Positions 10,261 to 23,699 of a stretch of 64,000 bases of DNA are shown one piece after another. Within the stretch, counting starts at the first letter, position 1. Each line of letters opens with the position of its first letter. The position numbers were made by a program, and so were the translations under genes. Source of the DNA: Hydrolagus affinis (taxonomy: Eukaryota); NCBI GenBank assembly GCA_012026655.1, contig JAAILG010001358.1, positions 1-64,000 on the forward strand, given 5' to 3'. The notes under the pieces are model-generated. The model made no database searches. It was not told where the DNA came from and worked only from the letters and a program-made list of their open reading frames with translations.

Positions 10261-11764
10261 AGCTGCTGATTCCAATCGCTTTAGCATTATTCTACCCTTA
10301 ACTCGGAAGTAAGTTTGTAGTTATTCTCTAGAAATCCTTTCCTCAATCCAGCAGTCTTGCCTCTTCTTTGCTCGTACTCCGATTGCACCTAAAGACCTTC
10401 ATTTTCAACCATACCTATGGTGAACTCCATTTTCTTCTTGCTCAGTCAGTGTCAAGTTTCACCATTGTTAAATGCTCCAAGATGCTACCCAGTATGATGG
10501 ATGTTATATAATTGCAAGTTGTTGAAACGTGCTGGAAAATTCAAATCTCTTGTGAATTTCTAAAAAGTTGATTCTAAAATTTGTTGTGAGTGGGGAATAC
10601 AATTGGAATCCATCTCATTGTTTTTAGTAGTATAATAAGGACATTTGATGCCTGGTTTACCCTGTCATCAGTGAAATTTTATACAGCATATATTATTTTC
10701 TTAGAAACTCAAAGGTATATTTGGATGTAAAATTTAAATTACTGTTCCTTTTTAATTACTATCTGCTATAATACATTAAACAATGTAAAGAAAATGCTGT
10801 CATAATGTAGTTGTCAGATGGCTGTTCATAACAGCTGCTGTGTGGTAAGTGGCCCTGTAAATGGGTCTAGGATCCATTTGAAATGTTTTGATCTACTTTG
10901 CTTTTCAAAATGAATTGTTAGAAGAATGATTATATATCAACCCCATTTTTTGATTTGCAGTGTTCCTGGACAAGAAGTTGAGTAGATTGCTTGCAGGACT
11001 AACTGTAAAATAAATGTCATTTACAGCAGGGCTATGAAAACTGAACATTTCACATTCTGATGTCTATCAGATGTCTGGCTGTGTACAACACAAAGGATTC
11101 TTTGTCTGCTGACCAGCTTTTAAATTGCTTACTCCAAATTATGCTAAATTTAGAATATAAATCAAAGTGATTTTATACCATTTGATGAAGGTTCTCCCAA
11201 CAGCCCCAGTTGTAAACACAGGAAGGGGTGGGGGAGAGGAATGATCAAATGCATTTTATTTAGGATCCGTATTTCCTGAATAGGTTTGTAATGCTTCTGC
11301 AAGACCATTGTAAATGGCCCAGGGATCCATTCAAAAATATTTGTAAGTTGTCAGTCCTTGAATGCCATTCCAACAATATACAACTATGTGTCTGTATCAT
11401 GGTAGTGGCAGCTGTAACTGAATATATTTGTGTGTTTCAACAGTGGAAGAGCAGAAATCTACAGTATCTTGAATTGTAAATTCTATATTCAGTGACAAAC
11501 CAAAATAAGGTTATTTAGCTCAAGGACATAACACATAATGAATTTCTTCAACAAATATGAACAGTTTTTGAAGCTAAAATGAAAGATTACTTCCACTGAT
11601 TGGTGCATTTGCAACAAGCATCTGAACTGAAGAAGTGAACTGTGAATTGGAGAAGTTGTAGAATGGAATGTTTCACAAGTAGCTGTTGTGCTCAGTAAAT
11701 GTCAGGAAAGGAAAATTTGATTTTAAAAAAAACTTGTGTGAAGAATGATTTGGGACAAAAGGAT

Positions 11765-12040
11765 GGAATGAGGTTATAATCTTAAAATTAGAGCTCGGCC
11801 ATTTAGGGGTGAAATTAGTTGGCAGTTTTTCACCCAAAGGGTAATAGAAATCTGGAACTCTTTGATAAAGGACTGGATACTGAATCCATTCACTTTCTAA
11901 GGCTGAGGTGGATAGATTTTCATTAGGTGAGGGTATTGAAGGATATGGGGCAAGGGCAAGTAGAGATGAGGTACCGATCAGACATGATCTTATAGCATAG
12001 CAGAACAAGTTCAAGGGGCTGAACTCCTGTTTCTATGATC
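11765..12040 (+). mobile_element. CR1-clade LINE 3' end
   Basis: NLKIRARPFRGEI..QFFTQRVIEIWNSL-type translation plus a CR1/HER1-like 3' UTR (gatcagacatgatctta...aaggggctgaa). Confidence 0.8.
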
Positions 12041-13229
12041 CAATGCAAGAACTTTAACAATTGTTTTATTTTAATAAAGGGATACAGATATGATTTACTA
12101 GAATGTGTTATTGAGCAAAAGGTAATATTTTATGTTGTAGATATTAATGCACTGTTTAATTTGCCTTGAAGAAATTGTTTATAACTCCTGAAACTAACCA
12201 TTCTTATTTGTAATTGAATGCACATAGACGAGCTTTAGTCACCAGTCAAATACTTTGGAGTTATTTTTCAAAAGCATTGCCATCGATGTTAGCAAATAAC
12301 ATGAAATAGTCTTGGTACAGCAGTTAGTTTTTCAATGGTACAGTTTATTGATTAGGGCAAATTTCCATATGTAGATGGCACAACTATGTGAAACTGTCTG
12401 ACTTGAATACTCCTAAGCAAGGCAATGGGTTTTGGTGTACTTTATACTCCAAACTGATCAAAAACATATCTGACACATGCTGTTTAAACTTGCCATTTAA
12501 ATTATAATCGTGAATTCAGTGGAAATATTGTGTTTATCGTTGTAATTTTCTAACAAACCAAATTGCTGAATTCTGTAACATGAAAAACCATGCATACTTG
12601 AAAACATATGTTATTCTTAATTACTTTTTTAATTCTTAAAAAAAGGTAATTATTATAAGGTGAGCAAAGCATACTTTAAAACGGCAATCCTGGTGTTGCT
12701 AATTTATCCACAATTGTTAGATTTTGTGACCGTCTAATTAATTTCTGGAGTAATCCATTGCATAGATTGTTCTTTTCCATCAGCATGGCATTTACATTAG
12801 CTATTCAGCTCATTTCATGAAGGCCAAATACAAGGGGTTGTAAGAGGGTGATGTGGAACATGTTATCAGTAAAATAGCAGCAGAATACCTCATTGAATTA
12901 CATGGAGAGTACCAAAAGGTCAATCCAATGTCAGTTCTGATGGAGTAAATGATTGTTGCTTAAAATAATTCAATACAGATTTGAACTTGAAGGCACTGTG
13001 GCCCTTTTTGCACTTATTTAAATTTGTCCTATCCCCTTTTATAATAGCTAACATAATTTTGCAAGTCCTGGTTCTTTAAAAGATACAAGTCACACCGATG
13101 TACTACAGTTTACAAGGAAACATTTAGTTAGTGGCACATTTTCAACAAATGTGAATCAACAAAATCCATTATAATGTAAGAGATACATAACATTCATATT
13201 TAAACAATCTTATCCATACTGATTTACTT

Positions 13230-13815
13230 CAAACTTGCTTTCATTTGGCAGGCAACCAGGAGCTGTACTATTGAGACTACCCCAGAGGGCTGGCTTGATT
13301 CTGACATTCCATTGCCGGTCATGCCACTTTGGAGCCAACTCAGCTCCAAGGAATCTCCCCCAGGAGGATAGTCCTCACCAGGAGGATAATCACTCGTAGA
13401 TCATTCACCATCCGACAAATGGGGGTTTGAGCCCTGGATGGTGGGTACAAGGAACTCCTCGAGAGCTTCCCAGTGGGCAACACATCTCAGTATGAAATGC
13501 AAAGGGTCATTGTCAGCATCTTCCTGTCCGCAGCTTAGGCACACGTTGAGTAATGGTTCCACCAATTGGAGGTGCAGAGATCAAACAGCAGCTGCTTGTC
13601 TTTCTGCAGCCAATCAAGATGGATTCCAGACACTGGAAGTACGAACGTGTTCACAAACTCGATAATCCAGACAATGCCTTCTAGCAACTGTCACCCCAAA
13701 CCTCTTCAACTATCTGGTGGGCATCTGACTTCCACATTGGAGGGTGGACTTTTTCAGGACATCTTTCCCTCCATAGACAATCCCAGTGGCAATTTATTTG
13801 AGGTTAATGAGACTC
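13230..13815 (-). mobile_element. Decayed non-LTR retrotransposon ORF2 C-terminus with CCHC zinc knuckle (RTEX-like)
   Basis: Minus strand reads ...PPMWKSDAHQIVEEVW...LSSL*... and VCLSCGQEDADNDPLHFILRC (CxxC...H...C), interrupted by stops. Confidence 0.55.
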
Positions 13816-13930
13816 TTAAATTGTCCTTGCTCTATTATCAAATGCGAGGATTTTTATTATGTACATTATCAATCAGTGCTGGCTTCACTATAGATTAAAA
13901 GGGATCCCAGATTATTAGCAAGGCACAGAA

Positions 13931-14350
13931 AACAACAACAAAATTACACTCATATAGCACCTTTCACATCAGTAGAACATCCCAAGGTGCTGGGCAGTCA
14001 TTGCTTCAGACCTAAACTGGAGATGGGGAGGGTGGAAGGAAAACGGGGGATTTGGAGTGACCAATGGGATCATCGAAGAGGAGGGTCTTGAGGCAGTACT
14101 TGAAGGAGGCTAGGAAGGGTGCGAAGTGAGGGACTGTGGGATGGAGTTCCAGAGTTTAGGGGGCAGGGTGGCTGAAGGCTTGTCCGCCAGTGGTGAGCGG
14201 GTGGGTTGGGGGACATGGAGCAGGCCAAAGCTGCTGAGCAGAGGAGGCGGGCAGGTTGGTAGGAGGCAGAAATAGGGTGGGGCGAGGCCATGGAGGGCTT
14301 TGAATGTGAGGATCAGGATCTTGGATTGAATCCTCTGGGTGAAGTGCAAT
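13931..14350 (-). mobile_element. L2 LINE 3' fragment
   Basis: LHFTQRIQSKILILTFKALHGLAPPY and LWNSIPQSL motifs in shifted frames; tail appears as (CAA)n on +. Confidence 0.9.
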
Positions 14351-14699
14351 GACTGTAGGTGAACAGGGCAGCCAATTTATACACAGCAATGGCTTCACAA
14401 GCAACCATGAAGCATGAAGTGAATGACCAATTTATCTGTTGGTCAGGACAATAGGAGAAATTATCTTGTCTTTTCAAATATAATGTAGCAGATCTTAACA
14501 TCTCTGTAAACAGACTGACACAAGTCTGACCACCTGAAGGAAGTTACTGTAATGGTTCTCAATCCAAAGCACGGATGTGTCAGGTAGTTTCTTTATTATT
14601 TATCCATCCATTCACTTACTTACTCCCTTCCTTCCCAGTGTCTCTCATACTTCCTGCTTCTATTTCATTGTTTCTTCTCAAATCAGCCATTGCTCTTAA

Positions 14700-15250
14700 A
14701 GGGATGACTAATAGGCACCACTAATAAGCCAGTGTTTCCCCCAGAACTACCCTGGATAGTCAGCGCAGACTGAGTTTGCAGCATCCTGTTGAACACCATT
14801 GAGGTAGTTTAGAAGCAGGAGCTCTGCAGTAAGATTGCAGCAGACATCACAAACAATTTGGGTTCCTGGTGTGACTGTAGCAGCCACGGTTCTCATTTAC
14901 CTGTGCACACCGTGGTGGTCTGACAGTTTAGTTCCTGGGTCATAGGAGGACAGTTCTCCTCTGGCCAAAGCAGCAGCTCCCATACCAGCTCAATAGTTTT
15001 CCAGACCTGGAAGTAGATCTTTCCATAAGACAAGAAAATACTTGATTACTCTCTTTTGTTTCTGCCCAGTTTGTGTACCTCATCCAGTTTCAGAAGAGTG
15101 AATCATACCCATCAGATGCAGAATATTCGGTCTACTATGTTTGAGAAGTGAATCAATAAAATGCCATCTTGTTCTCAAATGCAACGTATTTATGTAGAAT
15201 TAACAGAACTTTGCCATTGGTGTTAACAAATCTTATACCATGTACTTGTG
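14700..15250 (-). mobile_element. Decayed apurinic-endonuclease domain of a non-LTR retrotransposon
   Basis: Minus strand: VNTNGKVLL ... RVIKYFLV (cf. IDY) ... LSDHHGV (SDH motif at 14915-14923), in the expected order. Confidence 0.55.
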
Positions 15251-15973
15251 CAGGAGTCTGTTTTGGTTTTGAAAATGTTGCTTCTGAAGTCAGCAATTTG
15301 ATTATAATGTAGCAGATCTGTGAAAATTTAGAATATTTTCATGTAAGTTGCTGGATCATTGCATTTCACATTCTTCAAATTGAAGTAAATAATCTGAGAG
15401 AGATCAATAATGAGCAATTCCCATGACATCAATTTGCCAATTTAGTCTAATTTTATTTTCCTTCTCTCTTCGGATCTCCCTGTTAATTTTTCAGGCTTAT
15501 TTCACATATTCAAAATCAATTATTTGAATTCTAGCAGATCAAAACCAAGACATTTTGGTAAACTAATAGCTGGAAGAACATTTTATCAATAGGTAGCTCA
15601 GATCAGTCTCGCTTCTATACCTCCTCTCTCATTGACTGTTACATTGACATAAGGAGTTTAAGGAGACTCCTTCAACCAGTTCCAGATAAAATTGCAAATA
15701 CCAATATTGTGGAAATAATTTATTGAAACTTTAGGATTGCTTTATTACTGTGATATTGACACATACCCATTAAATCATACAAAAATGCATTTTGGACTAA
15801 CATTTTACAGGCACTGTACTATGTTTTCCTATGAGATCACGTGGTGAGCACATCACTGTCCCCAGCCATCACAGAGAGCTTGTTATCTCGGCTGTAATCA
15901 GAGGGTCTGCACTTGTATACTTTAATATTACATTTAAATATTCTCTTGTTTGTCACTACTATTACATTATTTA

Positions 15974-16265
15974 CAACAACAACAAAATTACATCTGTAAA
16001 GCGTCTTTCACATTAGGAGGACGTCCCAAGGCGCCAAGGAGTTGGGAATCAGGACCCAAGCATGGGGGAGGGGTGTAGGGTTGGGATGAGATGAAGGAGG
16101 GCACAGAGGTAGGAGGGCAGCTGAAGACTTGGTTGGAAAGGAGTGCGTTGAGTTGTGCCTTAAAGAAGGCAAGGGAGGAAACAAGTCACAGAGATTGTGG
16201 GATGGAGTTCCAGAGGTTGAGGGCAGAGAAGCTGAAAGCCCGGCCGCTGATGGTAGAGCGGGTCA
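15974..16265 (-). mobile_element. L2 LINE 3' end fragment
   Basis: Same family as 68-330; caacaacaacaaaattacat tail. Confidence 0.85.
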
Positions 16266-17119
16266 TGCAGTAGATATAGAGCAGGCTTCATGTCTTTAGT
16301 ATTTAAAATTCAGAAATGTAATCTGAGTTTTCTGGCTTCTGACTGCCATTCATTCACTGCTGATTCACGGCCTCCTGGTTTTGCAGTATGTCCCTCGCTG
16401 CCTCTGACAAGATGTCGCCCTGACTGGTCATTCTCAGGCAGTATCTATTTATGGCGAAATGTCAAATAAAAATGTTCTCACATTTGTGATTCGAACAAAA
16501 CCTGACCTAGCAGAAACTTAACAATTAACAAAAGAAAGTGAATAGTCGTTACTTGCTTTAGAACATTAGATTCTGACACATTCAGGATGGCGTGTCTTTT
16601 TTCTGATTGTAAAGGCTCAAGAACATATAAGGACCACCTGTTGAGTGAAAGTTTTTATGTTTTTTTTAAACTGCTGTGACTGCATGAAAAGAAATCCTTT
16701 TCAACATAAAAATAATTTTTTCCCCTTTATTTGAACTTGTTAAGCTCTTAATGCCTTTTTCAGGTTGTAGCATAGCATCCATTCCTTCATCATTATAGAT
16801 GTGGAATAAAGAACATAAGAAGTCTCATTTGATTCCCTTCAGTTTAATCACAGGACATTCCTGGTTTGCTACTTATAATTGCTGAATTCAAGATTGTAAT
16901 GGGAGACCTACATGATAGGCTGGGTTTTGAATTTTGTAAAGGAAATAGATTGATGAGAATTGTTGTTCTGTTTCAGATGGCGTTTTTTGGATCTCTACCA
17001 TTTCTTTGTCTCTTTCATTGACTGAGATGTAGCTTACGCAGGAGTGAATTTCGAGTCCTGTAAAAAAATAAAAATTGTGCCGAGGCCAATATAATGGTGT
17101 TATTAAAACTAACCCTAAT

Positions 17120-17310
17120 TAACAACAACATACATTTACATTGCACCTTTCCTGTAACAGAAACGTCTCAAAGTACTTTACAGAATGAATTTAATTAGAA
17201 ATGAAGTGAATGTTGTGTAGGCGAATGTGTCGGCTAATTTGTGCCCACAACATCCTACAAACCACAATGAGATGAGTAGCCAATTAATTAGATTTTTCAG
17301 GATTGAAATT
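17120..17310 (-). mobile_element. Old Deu-type SINE 3' half
   Basis: Reverse-complement tail (acgtctcaaagtactttacag) and core (ggctaatttgtgcccacaacatcctacaaac). Confidence 0.6.
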
Positions 17311-19636
17311 GGATGAGGAGAGGGAAAAAAAACGTGTTTTTTCCATATATATATTAAAATAGTGACATTTTTAACATTGCAGAAATTAGCGGAAGCCTAC
17401 GCTTATAATACATGCCATTATTTGCTTTTGGTAAAATAGTTTTTGTATTCTACAGAGGCATGATAAGTGCATTTTTTTTTGGTGATTATGGTGCCCTGGT
17501 GCTCAGAGAGTTAACCTTGAACTCTTGCTGTTTTATTGCATATTGGTCTGTGCTTGTGAGCAGCAGGAGCAGATTCAGGCAATTACAATCAAGTCAGGGC
17601 ACATACCACGGCACAGTAGTGTGATCATGATGAGGATACTGATGAGGCACTTATCAAAACCCCCACATCATCCACACTCATCAGTCACAATGTGTCACAA
17701 AAATGATGCATTAGCCATCTCAAATGTTCATTCCACTGTGTTTACCTCTCTCACAAGCCCTTTTTTGATTTACGGTCAGGGCTTGGTTCAAACAACAGCC
17801 ACCGATGAGTAGCTGTGCTCGGTTTAAGTTGCAGATCATGTTTGCACTCGAGTGTCCAGTTTAGAGAATGCTTGTCACTGTCACAGCAATAAAGCAAAAG
17901 AAGTGACTGCTGTAAGTGGGAGACCGTTTGGAGGAATCCATGAAATTTTACCCCTCGCTGATCTCAAACACTGCTTAACACCTGAAGCTTTTAGACCCCT
18001 TCTGTGCTTCTGTTCCCATCAGTATTTACCCTAAGAGATTTGAAGTACAACTGGGCCCGAAGTCTCTTTCAGACATTTGATTGTACCAAGGCTGACAGCC
18101 ACCACCTGCAAATGGCTTATTTATTTCCTGCTGAACCTTTTGCAAAGAGGCAAAATGATAACTGCTAACAAGCATTAATTAATTGCTCACTGAATGACTT
18201 TTTCTTTAAACGCTTGTTCTCCAGACATGCTGAGCTGCTAAAATTCACACTTAATGTCTCAGTTGTCAAGAACTTGCATTGTTGTCTATCACTCATGCTT
18301 ATGATGGGCTATAGGTCATTCTGGCATTTGCTTGAGATGCTCTTATAGAGAGAATAGAAAGAACATGCATCATTCTCCAATTATAATAAAAAGGGTAGGA
18401 ATGGGGACTTGCATTATTGCACAGAGTAAATAAACATTGGTTACAAATCCTGTGAGCAAGCTCATTCTGACTAATTATTAAGAAACGATAGCCTCATGGC
18501 AAAGCAGTGGAGGAAATGAAACTGCACATTTTCCAAGATATTTGTTTGGAACTCATAGTTGTTATAAACCATCAGTATGTAACATTTCAGAGAAGAAACA
18601 TCTTTATTAGAATCATATAAATTCCCAATTATTTTGTGCTTGGGAGCAGGTGAGGAACCAAATTAATATTGTTTTATTGAGCAAAAGCATTTTTTTTCCA
18701 TAAAAAAGAGAGCAGTAGTTCTCAGGATGATCCATTCAGGGATACCCAGATGATACAGAGGCACATCATTTTTGAGAGCAGAATGTTAAACAATCTCCCA
18801 CAAGAGGAAGCCACCTCTTTCAGGCCAATTTTCCAACCCACTCTATAACAATTTCCAGTCTGAAGTAGTTTTATCCTTATATAGTCCATTTCCTATCTTC
18901 TGGATCAAATCACAACACGCTTGTATTCTGCTGTACTGTATCTCACAATTTTCTTAGCTTTCAAAATAGTTTGCCTTGTAGGCTTCAGGAATATTGCCTC
19001 ATGTTTCTGCAGCCAGGCAAAATGGCCATTTATATTATACAGCAACCAGAACAAAAGAGAATCATTTATTTTCCAAAAGTTTATCAATTTATTAACTTAA
19101 TTTGTGTCACAGAGGCAGAATTTTTTTTTTGCATGCTTACAGGTAAAAAAAAGGTTAAGAACACAATATATGTAGTGCATTGACTATCGACTATGTTTCA
19201 ACTCTCAGTATAGCAGTATGCAGCACTTGAACAAGGCGATCCATTTCCTGCAGTCAGTGTGATGGTTATTTAGGTTTTAGAGCAAGTCAACATGTTTTTC
19301 TACAGTGCTCTTTGCAGATTACTTTCACAATAACTCTTTTCAATTATTTGATCAGGCTATTATTTTCCGTATGGCTGGTAATCAGAAATCCACGGCACAT
19401 GGCAGAAGGGAAAGGCTCCCTCCCTAGTATTGTTTTAATAATCCTTGCATTTGATATAATATCTTTTTAAGACATTAAAATGTCAAAAAGTGCTTCACTT
19501 GTTTTTACTATGAAATGCAGTGACTTGCTTGTCAGTGAATGAATTGGTAAATTTTGCACGGAGAAACGTCCCACAAAGAACCTTGAAGTGAATGACCAAT
19601 TTTATCTGGCCAGATGGGTAGTTAGATATAATACAG

Positions 19637-19998
19637 TAATAATCTTCGCATTTGATATAGCATCTTATCGTATCTTCAAGCCTTCTCAAAGTGCTTCATG
19701 GAATACATTATAAAATGAATTGACTGTATAGTTTGTGGGTGAAACGTGGCAGCCAATTGTGCACAGCAGTGTCCCACAAACAATCATGGATTGAGTGATC
19801 AAATTATTATTTTCTTTTGAAGGGATTACTTCCGGAAAGGAAATCAGCTGATCGATTAACAACCATGTTCCTACTTATTGATAGGTGAATAGCAGCCTGC
19901 AGATTATGGAAATTTGCTTAATGTTTCGCCTTGTCTGGGAATCAAACCCAGATCCTCTCGTTTGTGAGGGGAGTGCTCTATCCATTGCCTCCAGCTCC
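19637..19998 (-). mobile_element. Deu-type SINE, long form
   Basis: Full reverse-complement copy including the extra central block aaccatgttcctacttattgataggtgaa; an older SINE 3' fragment is adjacent at ~19437-19620. Confidence 0.85.
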
Positions 19999-21823
19999 AT
20001 TAACTACATTGACACAATTGAAATATTGGAGAAAGTTGAATCAATGAGCTGTATCACTTCCAGGAAGTGTGGCTGCAGATATCAGATTGGATATATTTGT
20101 GAATCTTCTCTTCATTTTAATAATGGACAAGTGGTTATGGCTTTTTAAAAAAAACAATTGTCAATTTTTTGGCCGAACATTTGTTAGTGTGTTTTGGGGA
20201 TAACTATTGCCAGATATAATAATAGAAGTCTCTGTGCTTTTATGTGCTTGCAGATATGAATATAATATTCATGTCATCACATAAATGATTATGTTGTTGC
20301 AAATTATGTTGTTTTTAGGCAACACGGATTAACTAGTAGCTTCTATTAAATGAAACTATAGTTTGTAATTACATTTCAATTGAATCCATATACAGTAATA
20401 TGTAAAAGTCCTTTCAACAACCTTGATTTGAAATACAATGATATCCATGATAAAGTAGTTCTGAGGCGGATCAATTAAATACTGTATAACGATGGAAATA
20501 TATTCATAGTTTATTCAAAATAAATAACCTTAAAAAGTATTTGGTTAAAAACCACAGATATACAACATTTATGTTTCCTAATTTACCATACTTCATAGAA
20601 ATATAGATTAGAGATTTATTTATGGAATTTTTGTCACTAGAATCTATATTTTTAGAGGGGATGGAGCCAGAATATCTTTTTATTAGACCTTAATACCTCA
20701 GTAACTAATAATGAATGCCAAGCAAGCCCTCACCAGTTAAGATAAATAGCTGAATTAACTGAAGCAGGACAATTCTAGCTATCTAATATAATATAAATTG
20801 TCTTGATAATTTAACTTTGATCCAAATCAACGGTCAATATGTTAAGTGGGTGGGAAGGAAACAATTCTATTTTTGCTGAGGGATGGTGATTACATTTAAG
20901 ATCACACATGAACGATTATAGAGTTTGTGGCACCAATCAATTATTACGGTATGTGCTTGCACAGCAGAGAAATAAATAATTTTTCCCTTCTGGAATGACA
21001 GGCAATATCTGTTCTACTTTAATTGAGAGTGTAGTCTAACTTTGCGGTTGATAAACATGAATTGGAACTTTCTGGTAAATCCTACATGAATGAATGACAT
21101 TTTCCATTCAAAACTTCAAAAGGTTTCAACTTTATCCTGAATTCACAGCCTCCTCTCTCCCTATCCTCAATCTATTCTTGGATTTTTAATCCTTCATGTG
21201 TTCTCCATTGGAGTTTCTTGATCACATGAATTACCTCTAAAACAGTCACCTGTTTTTACATTAAAATTTATACAACAATTGTGAGTTTGGCTTTTCAAAT
21301 TCTAGGAAAGTATGTTTTATATATAATATGTGAAAATATGAGATAACTATAAATTTTGTAGAAAAATGTTTCATTTCTGATCTTGGCAACCGTAATAAAG
21401 TTTTTCAAAAAGAAACAAAAAATTTGGATGCACTTCTCCAGAATACTTTAAAATAAGTTAGTCAATTGGCTGGACTCTGGCAAATACCTAATAAGGGGAT
21501 AAGGGATAATTTCTCCAAAAGTGATCAGTCACTACACTTTATAGTGACTGCTGCAATTATCTCTTTACTTCAAGTAAATAGAAATTAATCAGGCTACAGA
21601 CATAGTAGCTCAAATTGTTGGGACATGTATTCAGATAGTGTCCATTTGGTCTGTGTTAAATGTAAGCTTTTATGATTGATCTATTACTAATTAATCACAA
21701 GTTTTGAGGTCTGTCTATTACTTGTTCTGAAACTAAGTTTAACTCATTAAAGCAAAAATAAAATGACATTTCTTTTGAAAATCAAGCTAATTAACATAAA
21801 ATTTGGCTTTTTCTCACTGTTAA

Positions 21824-22137
21824 GGTGGCAAGTGGGGTAAAAAATAATTTAAAAAAATTTAATGTCAAAGTGTACTTTGAACTATATACTTTCAGAAATA
21901 AACTGTTTTGATTGGTGAAATAAACTTATTTCCAAAGAAATATATGGTAAATAATAAGAATTCAACAATAAAATAAACAGGAAGTGCTTATTTCATGTGT
22001 CACATTCCCTATATTTCTTTGGAAATAAGTTTATTTCACCAATCAAAACAGTTTATTACTGAAAGTATATAGTTCAAAGTACACTTTGACATGAAAACAT
22101 TTTTTTTAAAAAAATATTGTTTACCCCACTTGCCACC
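21824..22137. mobile_element. Palindromic MITE with TTAA target duplication (Kolobok/T2-like termini)
   Basis: TTAA at 21820-23 and 22138-41; arms 21824-21944 and 22010-22137 are inverted copies; termini GGTGGC...GCCACC. Confidence 0.8.
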
Positions 22138-23324
22138 TTAAGTTGCTGTTTTTATCCTGAGTATAAGTAAAATAAACAAATCTGACTTGAAAAGATAAGA
22201 ATGGTAAAGTACAAACGTAAGAGAGTTTTTTTTAAAAAACGAAAGAAATGAAAACAAAAATACCTTCAAAAGTAAAGCTCAATTTGAAACCTTGTTAAAC
22301 TGAATCCAGAAAACCAAGCAGCCAATTTTCCCAGGCTGAGATCAATGGTCACGAAACTGGTTTGTGAGTCATGACTGCAGTGTGATTAAGCAAGCTTTCT
22401 AACCCTCATTAAACTGCCCCCAGTTTTCCAATTCCTCTATTTAAAAAGCTCACTCCCATGAAACAAGCTCCAGTAAACAATTCTGTGATTCTGAAATGAA
22501 GAGAGCCAGCATCTTGTTGACTGCTCAACAAAAATCAATAATGTGGATTCTGCAACAGTTGTACTGTAGAGTTCCAGCAGTCTGATTCCACATTTATGTG
22601 TCAGGACTTAGGAGAGAGGGGGGAAAAAATACCCCCAAAACATTCAGGCCTCAATATTGGCTATCATCCAGCACAACGATGTTTCAACTACATTTGGAAA
22701 AATCAATAACATCTGTGGCATAATGGTTAATTAAAGAACTCTTCAACTGGGATCAAGATGAGTGGCTGAGCCACAAATACATACAGCTGAAAACTGATTA
22801 CAAAGGCAAGGGAGCAAAGAATGGTTTCTTAGCAATGAACTGCTAAGGCAAAACCTGGATCATGCACAACAGGGGATAAAGGTGTTTTACTTTAACTTTC
22901 TTAATGTTCAATGATATCGTACATGTAGCTTTGTATGATTGATGGTTCATGCAATGATTCAGTTTTGTATGATCATTGTCAAAAGATAGTATATCTTATT
23001 AAAAAGTATAATGTTTGGTAATCCAGTCTATCTAAACACTATCTAAGCACTTTTATCTCCGTAGTTGCAAAAATTGTAAAATGTTCCTGAATTAAGTTCA
23101 CAAAAAGTCAGTAATTTTTTGATTCTGTCTTGACTTATTGCAGAAAACGCATCTTTTTCTCCCAACCTCGCTGCTTGTTTTAATCATTGGAGTAGTGAAA
23201 TCTAGAGTCCCAGTAGATGCGCACATTAAGCAGTTTTCTCTCTTTATCGTGTATCCTTCATTTGGGAGGGGTGTAATCCAACATGCCCAAACTCATTGTC
23301 TTGGTGCAGAGGGTTAGAGTTCCA

Positions 23325-23699
23325 CAAGATTCCAGACAGGGCAAAACCTTGGGCAATTTTTCTTATTCTACAGGCCTGATAATAATCTCTCAAGGAAAAC
23401 ACCCAATAATAAATTAATAATGACCTTGCTGATAACGATATTGATTGGCATTGGTATTCAAGTACATCAGCTCCAAAGTGCTTTTTTCTCAAAGATGATG
23501 ATTATTATTACTACTATTAATAATAAATTGGTCATTTCAAACCACGACTGTTTGTGGGGCACTGCTGTGCATGATTGGCTGCTGTGTTTACCCCACAAAT
23601 ATGCAATCAATTCATTTTACAGTATATTCTGTGAAGAGCTTTGAGATGTCGAGCAGATGTGGAAAGCACTATATCAAATGCAAGGATTATTATTATTAT
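23325..23699 (+). mobile_element. Deu-type SINE, short form, interrupted by an insertion at 23416-23518
   Basis: cagggcaaaaccttgggcaa...gcctgataataat, Deu core and (ATT)n tail. Confidence 0.85.
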
